Below, in pieces: positions 16,859 through 26,918 of a stretch of 64,000 nucleotides of DNA. Origin of the DNA: an uncultured Helicobacter sp. (lineage in GTDB: Bacteria > Campylobacterota > Campylobacteria > Campylobacterales > Helicobacteraceae). Numbering within the stretch: the stretch's first letter is position 1; each line of letters starts with the position of its first letter. The notes beneath the pieces are model-generated. The model was not told where the DNA came from and searched no databases. It saw only the letters and a list, made by a program, of their open reading frames with translations. The position numbers were made by a program, and so were the translations under genes. The DNA is taken from assembly GCF_937906905.1 (NCBI RefSeq), contig NZ_CALERY010000034.1:10401-74400 (forward strand), read 5' to 3'.

Positions 16859-18070
16859 CTATTTTTTGTCCAGCACCTCAAATGCAGGGAGGACCTTGCC
16901 CTCTAAAAGCTCAAGACTTGCTCCTCCACCTGTGGAGATGAAGCTCATATTGTCCCGCTCGCCTGCGCGCTCGATCGCATCGGCTGTATCTCCCCCGCCA
17001 ATCAAGCTAAAGGCGTAGGTGTCTGCGATAGTATGGGCGAGGTTAAATGTCCCCCTTGAAAATTGCGAGATCTCATAGATCCCTAGCGGTCCGTTCCAAA
17101 TGATTGTCTGTGAGGCTTGGATCACTTCGCTAAAGAGCTTAGTCGTGGCAGGTCCCATATCTACTGCCATATAGCCGCTTGGGACATCTTGGGCGGGGGT
17201 GATTTTGATATTAGTATGTGTAGCAATATCATCGGTGCTGACAACATCGACAGGCAGATAGATTTTCACGCCCTTTTGCGCGGCTTTTTGCAAGATATTG
17301 CGCGCTTCATCGATAAGCTCGGTTTCGACAAGCGACTTTGCCATATCAAAGCCAAGTGATGCTAAGAATGTATTGCTCATAGCCCCGCCGATGATGATTT
17401 TATCTACCACATCAAGGATATTTGAGAGTAGCTCGAGCTTGGAGCTTACCTTGCTCCCACCTACGATGAGTAGCACGGGCTTTAGCGGATTTGCCAATGC
17501 TTTGGCAAAGGAGTCGATCTCCTTTTTGAGCAAGAGTCCTGCGACTTTTTGCTCCACAAATTCTGCGATCCCATAGGTGCTGGCGTGCGCGCGGTGGCTT
17601 GTGCCAAAGGCGTCATTGACAAAGACATCACACAAGGAAGCTAGCTTTTTGCTTAGGGTCTCGTCGTTTTTTTCTTCTTCTTTATAGAATCGTATATTTT
17701 CTAGCAGGATAATGCTTCCCTTAGGCGCGCTCTCTTGGAGATCTTTGACCGCTTCAATAGAATCTGCAAATAGCACGCTTGTCTCCAAAAGTCGCTCAAG
17801 ACGCTTGATGATGTGCTTTAGCGAGAGCTCTGGCTGCACGCCTTTGGGGCGTCCTAGGTGGCTGACAAGCACGATGGATTTTGGCTCATTGTCGATGCAG
17901 TAGTTGATCGTAGGCAGGGCTTCTCTAATCCTTGTATCATCGCTAATATCACAATCCTCGTCCATTGGGACATTAAAATCCACGCGGATTAGGATATGTT
18001 TATCGCGTAAATTTATATCTCGTATGGTTTTTACCTGCTGCATAAATGTAATACCAGCGACCTGCTTCAT
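16859..18070 (-). CDS. pgk: phosphoglycerate kinase
   Basis: 403 aa. 'RVDFNVP', 'SHLGRPKG', 'GGGDT' motifs. Confidence 0.95.
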   Translation of the reverse strand: MKQVAGITFMQQVKTIRDINLRDKHILIRVDFNVPMDEDCDISDDTRIREALPTINYCIDNEPKSIVLVSHLGRPKGVQPELSLKHIIKRLERLLETSVLFADSIEAVKDLQESAPKGSIILLENIRFYKEEEKNDETLSKKLASLCDVFVNDAFGTSHRAHASTYGIAEFVEQKVAGLLLKKEIDSFAKALANPLKPVLLIVGGSKVSSKLELLSNILDVVDKIIIGGAMSNTFLASLGFDMAKSLVETELIDEARNILQKAAQKGVKIYLPVDVVSTDDIATHTNIKITPAQDVPSGYMAVDMGPATTKLFSEVIQASQTIIWNGPLGIYEISQFSRGTFNLAHTIADTYAFSLIGGGDTADAIERAGERDNMSFISTGGGASLELLEGKVLPAFEVLDKK

Positions 18071-18258
18071 AACTACTCCTTCAAGTGGTCTATAATCCTT
18101 GAATCATAGCATAAAAGGCTTTATAATCCCTTGATACCAGCGCATGCAGACACAGGGGCGAGCGGAGATTGGCGGTAAATCGAGTGAGCTAGATTCTGGT
18201 GGGTGTGAAAATGGTGTCAAAAGGCGGTGTAATTGGTGCAAGGGCTTGGTGGGTGGTG

Positions 18259-19725
18259 TTAGCTGGATTTGCGTAGGAGTAGCGCGCATTCTTTGTGGCT
18301 GGTGTGAGGGAACTGATCAAAAAGCGCGAAATGCTCAATGACATGGCTTTGGCACAATATGCGCAAGTCGGCTTCTAGACTTGTTGGGTTGCATGAGATG
18401 TAGATAATGTAGGGGAAGCTTGCTAGGAAGTCAAGCATGGCTTCATCGCCTATACCGCTTCTTGGCGGATCGACAAGCACATGCGAGAATCTAAATTGCT
18501 CAAGCTCCACCCCACGCAAGCGGAAAAACTCCCGCTGCCTGCGCAATGCACTTATGGTCTCTGCTCCGCTAAGGCGTGCGGAAGTGATGTTTGTGATATT
18601 GTTGCGGTGGGCGTTGTGTGCGATGAGTGCATGTGCGGATTTGACGACTTCGGTTACTAGCACTTTGTCAAAGCACTCTGCCAAAGCGATGGAGAAATTA
18701 CCATCTCCACCATACATCTCAAGCAGATCTTCGCGCGTATGGGCGTGGATTTTGCGCTTGACAAAGGAGAGCATGCAGGGATTCATATAGGCATTTGGCT
18801 GGCAGAATCGCCCCTCCTGGCGCAAGTAGGTGTAGGGTTTATCAAGCATAAGCACATCGCAAATCATATCCCTGGTATCAAGTGTGGATTCTCCTTGGTT
18901 TGGGGGCTTGCGCATAGCTGCGCCGGAGTCCATAGAATCTAGGGTGCTAGATTCTGGCACGCTAGATTCTAGGAAGTGAGATTTGGCGGAGGTGGATTCT
19001 GGCGGGGTTGAAGAGAAAATGTGCTTTTGATTTTTGCTTCTGGCGATGAGGGTTAGGGCTTGGATTGTGGCGTGTGGCTGGTGCGGGGGATTTGCTAGTG
19101 GGGGAGGGCAATTTGTGTGGAGGGCTTCGCGCAGGGTTTCAAGCAGGTTGTTTGTAGCGTGGCAGAAGCTAGAATCCAAGGGTTTATGATAGATAAGTGT
19201 GATGATGACATCGCTGTGCTGTGCGTGATCATGCGCGATTGTATAGAGCGTGGTAGTAGAATCTAGTGCTGTTTTCTTTATGGATTGTGGCGGGGTTGCG
19301 GATTTTACCGCAGAGTCTAGCGTGCCAAATCGAGAGCCTAGCACCTCTATGGCATAGATCTTGTGGGAGAGAAGTGGGCTAGATTCTAGCAGGGGCATGA
19401 GCTTTTCTAAGGTGCGTTGGAGGGCTGGGAGGAGAATTGGGCAATTTGAGAGTTTGACCCGAGAGTTATGTCCTCGAGCGCTCATAGAGAGTGAGAGCTT
19501 GGGTGCAGAATCTGGCTTGTAGTCTTTATAAACGCGGAACTCTCCCCTGGCACGATAGCCAGAATCTGGCGAAGCATATATGCTAAGGTGAGGGAGAGTG
19601 TAGGCGCGTAGCAGGGTGCGAAGTGCGGTGGCTTTTGTGGTGAGCGCACTTTTGCTATGTGGGCTGGCGTCTGTGCTTTGAGCAGGATCACACCCGCCAC
19701 ATATCCCTCTAACCTCGCATTTCAT
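18259..19725 (-). CDS. TrmA/RlmD-family RNA (uracil-C5)-methyltransferase with a low-complexity insertion
   Basis: The C-terminal SAM-MTase has 'VLVDPPRSG', 'YISCNP' and 'FDQFPHTSHKECALLL'. A central segment of roughly 80 aa rich in P/S/LES/LDS is coded by a motif cluster around 18930..19110. Confidence 0.7.
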   Translation of the reverse strand: MKCEVRGICGGCDPAQSTDASPHSKSALTTKATALRTLLRAYTLPHLSIYASPDSGYRARGEFRVYKDYKPDSAPKLSLSMSARGHNSRVKLSNCPILLPALQRTLEKLMPLLESSPLLSHKIYAIEVLGSRFGTLDSAVKSATPPQSIKKTALDSTTTLYTIAHDHAQHSDVIITLIYHKPLDSSFCHATNNLLETLREALHTNCPPPLANPPHQPHATIQALTLIARSKNQKHIFSSTPPESTSAKSHFLESSVPESSTLDSMDSGAAMRKPPNQGESTLDTRDMICDVLMLDKPYTYLRQEGRFCQPNAYMNPCMLSFVKRKIHAHTREDLLEMYGGDGNFSIALAECFDKVLVTEVVKSAHALIAHNAHRNNITNITSARLSGAETISALRRQREFFRLRGVELEQFRFSHVLVDPPRSGIGDEAMLDFLASFPYIIYISCNPTSLEADLRILCQSHVIEHFALFDQFPHTSHKECALLLRKSS

Positions 19726-19801
19726 ACTTGCTCCTTTGTGTGGCTACTTCTTGCAGTATTTTTCAAGCCTAACTTCACATCAGCTCCTATCTCTTGTAAC
19801 G

Positions 19802-20317
19802 CTACACAGGTGGGAGGATATAGATTGGCTCACAGGGTAGGCAGAAGCTGGATTTTGGCAGGACTGCCGGCGGGGTGAAAGGCGGGCTGTGTGGTGGGTT
19901 TTCACATAGCACACATTCGATATTTGCAGTGATTAGGGCGAGATTTTGCTCTGGGCTTTTGGTGGGGCTAGGCGCTATGTTTTCGCGCATTATGAAGTGT
20001 TTTTTCCCAAAGGCGTAGATGTAGTGCTCTGGCAGGAGAGCGAAGCTGTGTGTGGCGTATAGCGGGATAGACTCTACAATCGCCCAGCTATGCAAAAAAG
20101 TATGTGTGAGTTTCAGTGCGCTAAGATTGCCCGGACCGCTAGCATAGTAAATGCCGCTCACGCGCATGCTTGATTCTCGCAGGCGCTGATACATGAGTGG
20201 CAGGGCAGTTGAGGGCTTCTCATCAATGCTAAAGGACTCTAGCAGCCTATCATCATCATAAATCGCGTAATGCAAGGGAGAGCTGATACATACAACTAGA
20301 AGATTGCAAGCGTGCAT
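19802..20317 (-). CDS. TsaB/YeaZ-like t6A biosynthesis protein (divergent)
   Basis: 171 aa. 'IYYASGPGNLSALKLTHTFL' resembles the TsaB 'GPGSFTGLRIG' region. It sits next to lpxC. Confidence 0.45.
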   Translation of the reverse strand: MHACNLLVVCISSPLHYAIYDDDRLLESFSIDEKPSTALPLMYQRLRESSMRVSGIYYASGPGNLSALKLTHTFLHSWAIVESIPLYATHSFALLPEHYIYAFGKKHFIMRENIAPSPTKSPEQNLALITANIECVLCENPPHSPPFTPPAVLPKSSFCLPCEPIYILPPV

Positions 20318-21211
20318 TTAGCTAATCGCCACTGCTTTTTCAAACTCCGCGACTTTCTCACTTTCCCTAGCAGTTATGACCTCATACGCGCCTTCTTCGT
20401 GCAGAAGCTTTTGGGTGAGCAGGGAGTTTAGCTTATGACTGCCGGCAAAGGAGATATAGCTCCCAAGCAGCGGAATCCCCAAAATCGCCATATCGCCAAT
20501 GGCATCTAGAATCTTATGCCGCACAAACTCCTCTGGATAGCGCAAGCCCTCTTTATTCATAATGCCTGCTTCATCAAGCACGATACAATTATTAAGATTC
20601 CCGCCCTTTGCTAGCCCGATAGAGCGCAAGTAATTGACTTCTTGCAGGAAGCCAAATGTCCTAGCTTTGGCAATTTCATCGATATAGGCAGGCTTAGAAA
20701 AAGTAAAGGTGTATTGCTGCTCTTTGATAGCAGGGTGTGCAAAATCGATAGAAAAGTCAAAAATCGTCTTGTGGCTTGGCTCTAGGCGCACAAACTTTTC
20801 ACCATCGCGCACTTCTATGGGCTTTTTTATCTCTATAAGCTTGCGCGGCTCATCAAACTCCACAATGCCCGCTTCATCAAGCAGCAGACAATGCGCTATG
20901 GAGCTGCCGTCCATTATGGGGACTTCTTCGTTGTTTATGCTGATTTTTAGATTATCAATCCCATAGGCATAAATCGCCGACATCAAATGCTCTATTGTAG
21001 AGACTTTTGCCAAGCCTTTGCCGATGACCGTTGCCATAGTGGTATCAATAATGGATTCTGGCACAAGCGGGATACTCACGCCCAAATCACTGCGGTAAAA
21101 CACAATCCCACTATTTGCCTCTAAAGGCTCTAAAACAAGCGTAACAGGCACGCCCTTATGCAAGCCTATGCCCGTTAGCTCGACTCTTTTTTTAATCGTC
21201 CTTTGCTTCAT
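20318..21211 (-). CDS. lpxC: UDP-3-O-acyl-N-acetylglucosamine deacetylase
   Basis: 297 aa. '[20 protein letters not shown]...' N-terminus and 'HKILDAIGD' motif. Confidence 0.95.
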   Translation of the reverse strand: MKQRTIKKRVELTGIGLHKGVPVTLVLEPLEANSGIVFYRSDLGVSIPLVPESIIDTTMATVIGKGLAKVSTIEHLMSAIYAYGIDNLKISINNEEVPIMDGSSIAHCLLLDEAGIVEFDEPRKLIEIKKPIEVRDGEKFVRLEPSHKTIFDFSIDFAHPAIKEQQYTFTFSKPAYIDEIAKARTFGFLQEVNYLRSIGLAKGGNLNNCIVLDEAGIMNKEGLRYPEEFVRHKILDAIGDMAILGIPLLGSYISFAGSHKLNSLLTQKLLHEEGAYEVITARESEKVAEFEKAVAIS

Positions 21212-21233
21212 AGAATCCCCCTACACAATTTTC

Positions 21234-21830
21234 CTATATAATCTCTTGGACCGCTATTGTATCGCTATTTTTGATAATGATTTTTAAATGATTGCTGGCA
21301 TTGATTTTAGCGACAATAGGCTCTGGCAAGATAGCATCGCAAAAGATAATATGCCCAGAAGTGAGATTGCGCAAGATAAAAAACTCCCCTTCTACGCGCA
21401 GCACCCCAGCACAATCCCCAAAGACAACAAGACTATGCTTGGCATAAATATATGCTCCGTGCGCTATATCGCCTAAAATCACAGCATTATCTTCTAGCGT
21501 GATCTCCTCTCCACTGCGCACCTTATGGATAAGTGTGCAAGCTTGCTTACTTGGCTGCGGAAGTGGCTGCGGGGCTTGCTTCTCCTGCTTGCCTAGTATA
21601 GAATCTAGGGCTTGTGTAGATTCTAGCTTGGGCTTATTAGGTAGAGTGCCAATAGTGTATAAAAGCCCAAAAGAGCGGCACAACTCCTGCAAGTCCGTAT
21701 CGATAGGTGTGGGAAAGTGCAGGAGAAAGCTTCGCAGTAAAATGGCATTTTTCTCAATAAAGCTGCGCCATTCCGTGCTATCTCCACTCTCAAAGCTTAG
21801 AATTTGTGCGCGATGTTGTCGTGTTTTCAT
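21234..21830 (-). CDS. minC: septum site-determining protein MinC
   Basis: 198 aa. C-terminal beta-helix pattern 'VRSGEEI..NAVILGDIAHGAYIYAKHSLVVFGDCAGVL'. lpxC-minC adjacency as in H. pylori. Confidence 0.65.
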   Translation of the reverse strand: MKTRQHRAQILSFESGDSTEWRSFIEKNAILLRSFLLHFPTPIDTDLQELCRSFGLLYTIGTLPNKPKLESTQALDSILGKQEKQAPQPLPQPSKQACTLIHKVRSGEEITLEDNAVILGDIAHGAYIYAKHSLVVFGDCAGVLRVEGEFFILRNLTSGHIIFCDAILPEPIVAKINASNHLKIIIKNSDTIAVQEII

Positions 21831-23258
21831 CTACTTAGCTTCTGCATTGATGAGTGATTTGGCTTGTGCCAAAATATCGGTGATATTGTGCTTAATCCAC
21901 CGAGAATCCAGCCACTCGACATTGCGGACATTGAGCCCTTGCACAAGCATACCAAAATGCAAGTGATCGCCAAATGCCCAGCCACTTTGTCCTGTAAGCC
22001 CAGCCACATCGCCAGCAAGCACTTCTTGCTCATTGCCTACAAAAAATTCTTGCAAATGCGCATATAAACTTGCTACGCCAAATCCGTGGCTAACCATAAT
22101 CGTATTGCCATACACGCCTAGCTTTTGCTCTAAAATCACACGCCCATCATTGGCGATGATAATTTTGTCGTTTTTCACGCTTGCGACATCAAGCCCTAGG
22201 TGGATAGACTGACTTGTTTTGCCCTGCGCATTGATATAGGTGCGCTTATCGCCAAATCGCCCCACCACGCTATAACCCTTTAGCGGGATAAATGGACTCC
22301 ACTCAACAGGGAAGCTTGTGTTTTGCGCATCGCTCAAGCAGGCTTGGTGCGCACTTTGTGCGATAATCTCCTCATCTTTTAAACGCACTTGCTCATTGAT
22401 ATACACAAACTTTTCAAAATCATCATCTAGCTCATCAAGCTTAGGCTCATAGCGGATCGCCTTTACCTCACTAATTAAGCTATCCATTTTCTCGCGCAAA
22501 AAATGCTCGTGCAATTTAAGCGTGGAGGCTTGATAGCGCGGGGAAGTGTCTTTGATAAATGGAATAGTAATGCGTCTGGTATTTAGCGCGGTGTCAGAAA
22601 CTTGGATTCTGCCACTGAAGTTTGTGTTGCCCAAGGGCCAGGCTAAAATCACAGCATAATAGCCCTCACGCACAAAAGGGAATGGGATAAAAGTGTTTTT
22701 GCCATTGGTGATTTGGATATCTTTGATATCTACACTATCGATTTTAAAGACCACTAGCGCGCTACCGCCGTAGCTGATTTTGGGCGAGTGGGCAAGGATT
22801 GTGATGGTAGGCTGCTTGGCGTTAATGATAAAATCTAGCTGCTTTAGCAAAGTCGCACCGCTGAAAAAATTCGCATTGCTCCAATCTGTAATAGCTACTT
22901 CATAGCGTAGCTTTGTGTTATCAGGCAGATCGATCTCTGGGCGCGGTAGCCATATTTTAAGCTTCTCTGGGCGGTTGGTAACGACTTCTTCTTGCTCTAG
23001 CACGACAAGCCCATCGCCTGTGGTGGCTTTGATCTTGTAGGATTTGATCTTGCTTTGACTTTGGACTTCGATTGAGATTCTGCGATCTGGATTCCAGGCG
23101 GATTTGTCGCTTATGGCGATTTGCTCGGTGGGGCTTAGGTGCAAGTATGCTTGGGCGGTAATGGGTGTGCTGGTAAATAAATCTAGCGTGTAGAGAAAAA
23201 ATCCAAAAAGCCCTAACGCCACTACCACCAAAAACCGCAGCAAGTTCGATCCGCCCAT
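21831..23258 (-). CDS. M23-family (LytM) metallopeptidase, membrane anchored
   Basis: 475 aa. N-terminal TM helix. C-terminal 'HLGLD...' and 'GDHLHFGM' LytM zinc-site motifs. Confidence 0.8.
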   Translation of the reverse strand: MGGSNLLRFLVVVALGLFGFFLYTLDLFTSTPITAQAYLHLSPTEQIAISDKSAWNPDRRISIEVQSQSKIKSYKIKATTGDGLVVLEQEEVVTNRPEKLKIWLPRPEIDLPDNTKLRYEVAITDWSNANFFSGATLLKQLDFIINAKQPTITILAHSPKISYGGSALVVFKIDSVDIKDIQITNGKNTFIPFPFVREGYYAVILAWPLGNTNFSGRIQVSDTALNTRRITIPFIKDTSPRYQASTLKLHEHFLREKMDSLISEVKAIRYEPKLDELDDDFEKFVYINEQVRLKDEEIIAQSAHQACLSDAQNTSFPVEWSPFIPLKGYSVVGRFGDKRTYINAQGKTSQSIHLGLDVASVKNDKIIIANDGRVILEQKLGVYGNTIMVSHGFGVASLYAHLQEFFVGNEQEVLAGDVAGLTGQSGWAFGDHLHFGMLVQGLNVRNVEWLDSRWIKHNITDILAQAKSLINAEAK

Positions 23259-23392
23259 CGCGCAACTCTCCCAAGATTCTGTAATGATTTGTTTTGTGGG
23301 GTTTAGAAGCGCGTATTATACACAACTTCTGCGAGTTTGCGCGATTTTGTTATAATGCGCGCTTCACAAATGTGGCGATTTAAGGAGTGTGT

Positions 23393-24529
23393 ATGCAGTT
23401 GGATTCTAGGATTTTTGTCGCGGGGCATAGAGGGCTTGTGGGCAGTGCAATCACAGCGGAGCTACAAAATCTGGGATTTGCCAATCTCATCACGCGCACG
23501 CATGCAGAGCTAGATTTAGGCGATATGGGTGCAGTGGAGAAATTTTTCGCTAAAGAGCGTCCAGAGTATGTGATCCTAGCTGCGGCAAAAGTCGGCGGAA
23601 TCTACGCCAACAACACCTATCGAGCAGATTTTCTCTACGAAAATCTCGCTATCCAAAACGCTGTGATATACAATGCCTACAAACATGGTGTGAAAAAGCT
23701 GCTTTTCCTAGGAAGCTCATGTATCTACCCTAAGCTTGCCTCCCAGCCAATCGTAGAATCTGCCCTGCTCACTAGCGAGCTAGAATACACTAACGAGCCT
23801 TATGCAATCGCTAAAATCGCTGGCATGAAGCTTTGCGAGAGCTTCGCGCTGCAGTATGGCTGCAACTTCATCAGTGTCATGCCTACTAATCTCTATGGCG
23901 AGCAGGATAATTTCAATCTTGAAAACTCTCATGTTTTCCCCGCACTGCTGCGCAAAATGCATCTAGCCAAGCTCTTAAAGTGCGGCGATATAGATGGGAT
24001 CGCGCGTGATATGCGTCGCTATGATACTAGCCAAGAGCTTGATACAGAATCTATCATGGGGTTTTTGGCTAAACATGGGATAAGCGCAAAGAGCGTGCGT
24101 GTGTGGGGGAGCGGGAATGTGCGGCGTGAGTTTTTGCACGCTGCGGATATGGCTCGAGCATGTGTGCATGTGCTGCGAAATATCGACTTTTGCGAGCTAG
24201 CAGATATGGTGCAACCTGCACTAGCAGGCGGGGATTCTAATGGGTGTGCGGATTATGGTGCGCAAGATCCAAGCGCTAAAGAAGCCAGAAAAATACGCAA
24301 TACGCATATCAATATCGGCTATGGTAGCGATGTGAGTATCCGCGAGCTAGCCGAGCATATCCGTGAGATTGTTGGGTTTGACGGGGAGCTGGAGTTTGAT
24401 GTCAGTAAGCCTGATGGCACGCCACGCAAGCTCATGGACTCTAGCAAGATTATAGCGCTTGGCTGGAAGCCTAGTATCGATCTAGAATCTGGTATCAAGC
24501 GAGTATATGAGCATTATTGTCGTTTGTAG
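23393..24529 (+). CDS. fcl: GDP-L-fucose synthase (GDP-4-keto-6-deoxymannose epimerase/reductase)
   Basis: 'IFVAGHRGLVGSAI', 'SSCIYP', 'YAIAKIAG' SDR motifs. Start moved to ATG 23393, 5 nt after SD AAGGAG. Contains an inserted low-complexity segment. Confidence 0.85.
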   Translation: MQLDSRIFVAGHRGLVGSAITAELQNLGFANLITRTHAELDLGDMGAVEKFFAKERPEYVILAAAKVGGIYANNTYRADFLYENLAIQNAVIYNAYKHGVKKLLFLGSSCIYPKLASQPIVESALLTSELEYTNEPYAIAKIAGMKLCESFALQYGCNFISVMPTNLYGEQDNFNLENSHVFPALLRKMHLAKLLKCGDIDGIARDMRRYDTSQELDTESIMGFLAKHGISAKSVRVWGSGNVRREFLHAADMARACVHVLRNIDFCELADMVQPALAGGDSNGCADYGAQDPSAKEARKIRNTHINIGYGSDVSIRELAEHIREIVGFDGELEFDVSKPDGTPRKLMDSSKIIALGWKPSIDLESGIKRVYEHYCRL

Positions 24530-24564
24530 GAGTCTAGATTCTAGGGCGATTCTAGGGAAGCTTG

Positions 24565-25395
24565 CTAGGGCAGCACAACTGCGCCAAGCAGGATAAAGGG
24601 GAGATATTCTTTCTCATAGAGATGATAGACATTTTGCTTAGGCGTGTTAATACTAGGGCGTAAGTCAAGGGCGGAGCATAGCACACCTTGTGGGCTTGCA
24701 CCCATTTGCTTTGCGACATTTTGTATCATCTCTGCCACTTCGTAGGGAATAGAATCTAGCTCTTGCATATCCGGGGCTTGCTCTTTAGCACAATAGACAT
24801 TGATAGAAAAAAGCGCGAGTTTAAAGTCATCATAATCCGCGAGTTTTCCTGCTTGCTGTAACTGCCCTATATCGCGCACTTGTGTAATGGCTTTTTTAAT
24901 GCGCTTTATGCATCTGCTGCTAAACTCCCACCTTGCTTTCCTTGTATTTTTGCCGACATTAAGCCATAAATGCTTAGATTCTATCCATATATCAAACCTA
25001 TTATCCTCTATCGCACACCAGAAGTCAATCGTGCGCCTGTGCTTTTCACCCTCTTGCCCCAAGCTTACACCCCTGCAATCTACCCCATACTCGCTTATCA
25101 CATAAGGCGTGAGGCGGGAGAGTGCCATAGCGATAGCTGCAGAGTTGCTACGCTCATTATATACGATAGGAAAGTCTCCTATTTGCTCACACTCACATAG
25201 GTTAAGGTTTATATCAAAAATATGCCGACAAAGCTTGTTGTAAAAGTCCTTTAGCTTCCTGCCGCCTTTAGCCCCACTCCCTGTATTTGCTCCCGCACTT
25301 ACGCTATCGCTTTTGTAGAGAGAGTCTTCTAAGTAGCATTCATACCATCTCGCATTTTTCTCGCTAAATCGCTTGTCTATGTCGTAGTCATACAT
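24565..25395 (-). CDS. hypothetical protein with a PD-(D/E)xK nuclease-like motif
   Basis: 276 aa. '...ISEYGV...RRTIDFWCAI...FDIWIESKHLW' fits the E / D / ExK order of restriction-endonuclease-fold proteins. Its start overlaps the channel gene stop by 8 nt. Confidence 0.35.
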   Translation of the reverse strand: MYDYDIDKRFSEKNARWYECYLEDSLYKSDSVSAGANTGSGAKGGRKLKDFYNKLCRHIFDINLNLCECEQIGDFPIVYNERSNSAAIAMALSRLTPYVISEYGVDCRGVSLGQEGEKHRRTIDFWCAIEDNRFDIWIESKHLWLNVGKNTRKARWEFSSRCIKRIKKAITQVRDIGQLQQAGKLADYDDFKLALFSINVYCAKEQAPDMQELDSIPYEVAEMIQNVAKQMGASPQGVLCSALDLRPSINTPKQNVYHLYEKEYLPFILLGAVVLP

Positions 25396-26086
25396 TGTTA
25401 TTTTCCTTTTCTAGTTTTTGAGCTTTTATCTCACTAATACTATCAACAATCACGCCTATGACCATATTTAGCACGATAAAACTCACAATGATCATATAGC
25501 TTATAAAATATATCCACGCATAAGGATATATTCGCATAATAGGTCGTGCTATCGCTCCGCTCCAACTCTCCCCTGTCATCACTTGAAAAAGTGTGAAAAA
25601 GCTCTTGCCCAAATCACCAAAATACTCTGGCGCAGCTGTGGCAAAAAGCTGTGTGCCAAGCACCGCATAGATATAATACACAAGCAAGAGCAAAACACCT
25701 ATGGATACAACACTGGGGATACTCCTTGTGATAACTGCGATGACAAACCGAAGCTGTGGCACAGATGAAGAGAGTCGCGCGGCTCTAAGCACCCTAAACA
25801 ATCGTAGGATAGCAATATTGCCTATGATTGTCGTCGGTAAGACAGATAAAACCACTATACATAAATCAAAGAGATTCCATTTTGAGAGAAAAAACTCTTT
25901 GCGTAGCACAAGGATTTTCACACACATTTCAATGCAAAAAAACAATAAACACATTCTATCAATAGCGATAAGAATAGAATTGTTTTTCAAAAATGAAAAT
26001 GTCAATGCTCCCAAAACTATAGAATCTAAAATGATAACACCAAGCACTAAGCCTTGAAACAGCCTAGAATGAATAAAAGTATTCAT
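25388..26086 (-). CDS. voltage-gated ion channel, BacNaV (NaChBac/NavAb) family
   Basis: 232 aa with six TM segments. S4 'ILRLFRVLRAARL'. The pore region 'FFTLFQVMTGESWSGAIARPIMRIYPYAW' is nearly collinear with NavAb '[29 protein letters not shown]' (recalled from memory). Confidence 0.85.
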   Translation of the reverse strand: MNTFIHSRLFQGLVLGVIILDSIVLGALTFSFLKNNSILIAIDRMCLLFFCIEMCVKILVLRKEFFLSKWNLFDLCIVVLSVLPTTIIGNIAILRLFRVLRAARLSSSVPQLRFVIAVITRSIPSVVSIGVLLLLVYYIYAVLGTQLFATAAPEYFGDLGKSFFTLFQVMTGESWSGAIARPIMRIYPYAWIYFISYMIIVSFIVLNMVIGVIVDSISEIKAQKLEKENNNV

Positions 26087-26090
26087 AATG

Positions 26091-26366
26091 CTAAAGTCTA
26101 TTTTGAAGCTTATGTGGCTTTTTCCATTTGGCTTTAAAGTCTTTATCTACAAAAAATACTTTTAAATCGGCTTTGAAATCCTTATCTACCCAAGCAATAG
26201 TAGTTGTTGCGTTAAAATCTTTTTCTACAAAATACCACAAACCATCGTGCTTTGCTTTAAAGTCTTTATCTACCTCATACACAAGCAAATCTGCCTTAAA
26301 ATCCTTATCTACCTTGAAACATTTTACTTCTGCTCTATTTTCCGCTACTACACAGATTTTTGCCAT
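26091..26366 (-). CDS. 91-aa repeat mini-protein (five V-[DE]-KDF-[KN]-A units); possibly DUF6150-like
   Basis: 'KVDKDFKADLLVYEVDKDFKAKHDGLWYFVEKDFNATTTIAWVDKDFKADLKVFFVDKDFKAKW'. Its stop lies 4 nt before the channel start. Confidence 0.5.
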   Translation of the reverse strand: MAKICVVAENRAEVKCFKVDKDFKADLLVYEVDKDFKAKHDGLWYFVEKDFNATTTIAWVDKDFKADLKVFFVDKDFKAKWKKPHKLQNRL

Positions 26367-26510
26367 AACAGCTCCTTTTCAATGAAATTTTGAGCTAGCA
26401 TTGTATGAAACTGCTTTATTGATAAACGATAATTTATATATATAAAACCTATAATTTACTGACTAAAATCTACATCTTTGATAAACCAACAAAGAGTAGA
26501 AGAAAGTAGA

Positions 26511-26918
26511 ATGAAAGTTATTGATCGCATAAATGAGATTCTAAAGCGAAAAAATCTAAGCAAAAAAGAGCTTGCCAATCGCCTTATAGACTTAGGCTTG
26601 CGTGCAAATAAAACAGGTGAGACGCCCACAATCTCTAGCATTTATGCCTATCTTAATGGCAATATCGAGCTAAAGGCAGATATGATTCCATTTATCGCTG
26701 ATGCGTTGGGCGTGTATGAGCAGGAGCTTTTCTCCCAAAGCTCACCGCACAAAATGCTTCAAAGATTCTGCTTACAAGACCCAAATCTCGCTAAATATAG
26801 CCACATTGTAGAACTCCTAGAATACATCAGCCCAAAGTCCCTAGAAACGCTTGAAAAGACACTTATCAATCACAAAGCAAAAACCATAGAGCTAAATCAC
26901 ATTATAGAAAAGATATGA
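26511..26918 (+). CDS. XRE-family helix-turn-helix transcriptional regulator
   Basis: 'INEILKRKNLSKKELANRLIDLG...ISSIYAYLNG' HTH_3-like pattern. ATG 26511 is preferred over the upstream alternative start. Divergent from the mini-protein operon. Confidence 0.65.
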   Translation: MKVIDRINEILKRKNLSKKELANRLIDLGLRANKTGETPTISSIYAYLNGNIELKADMIPFIADALGVYEQELFSQSSPHKMLQRFCLQDPNLAKYSHIVELLEYISPKSLETLEKTLINHKAKTIELNHIIEKI

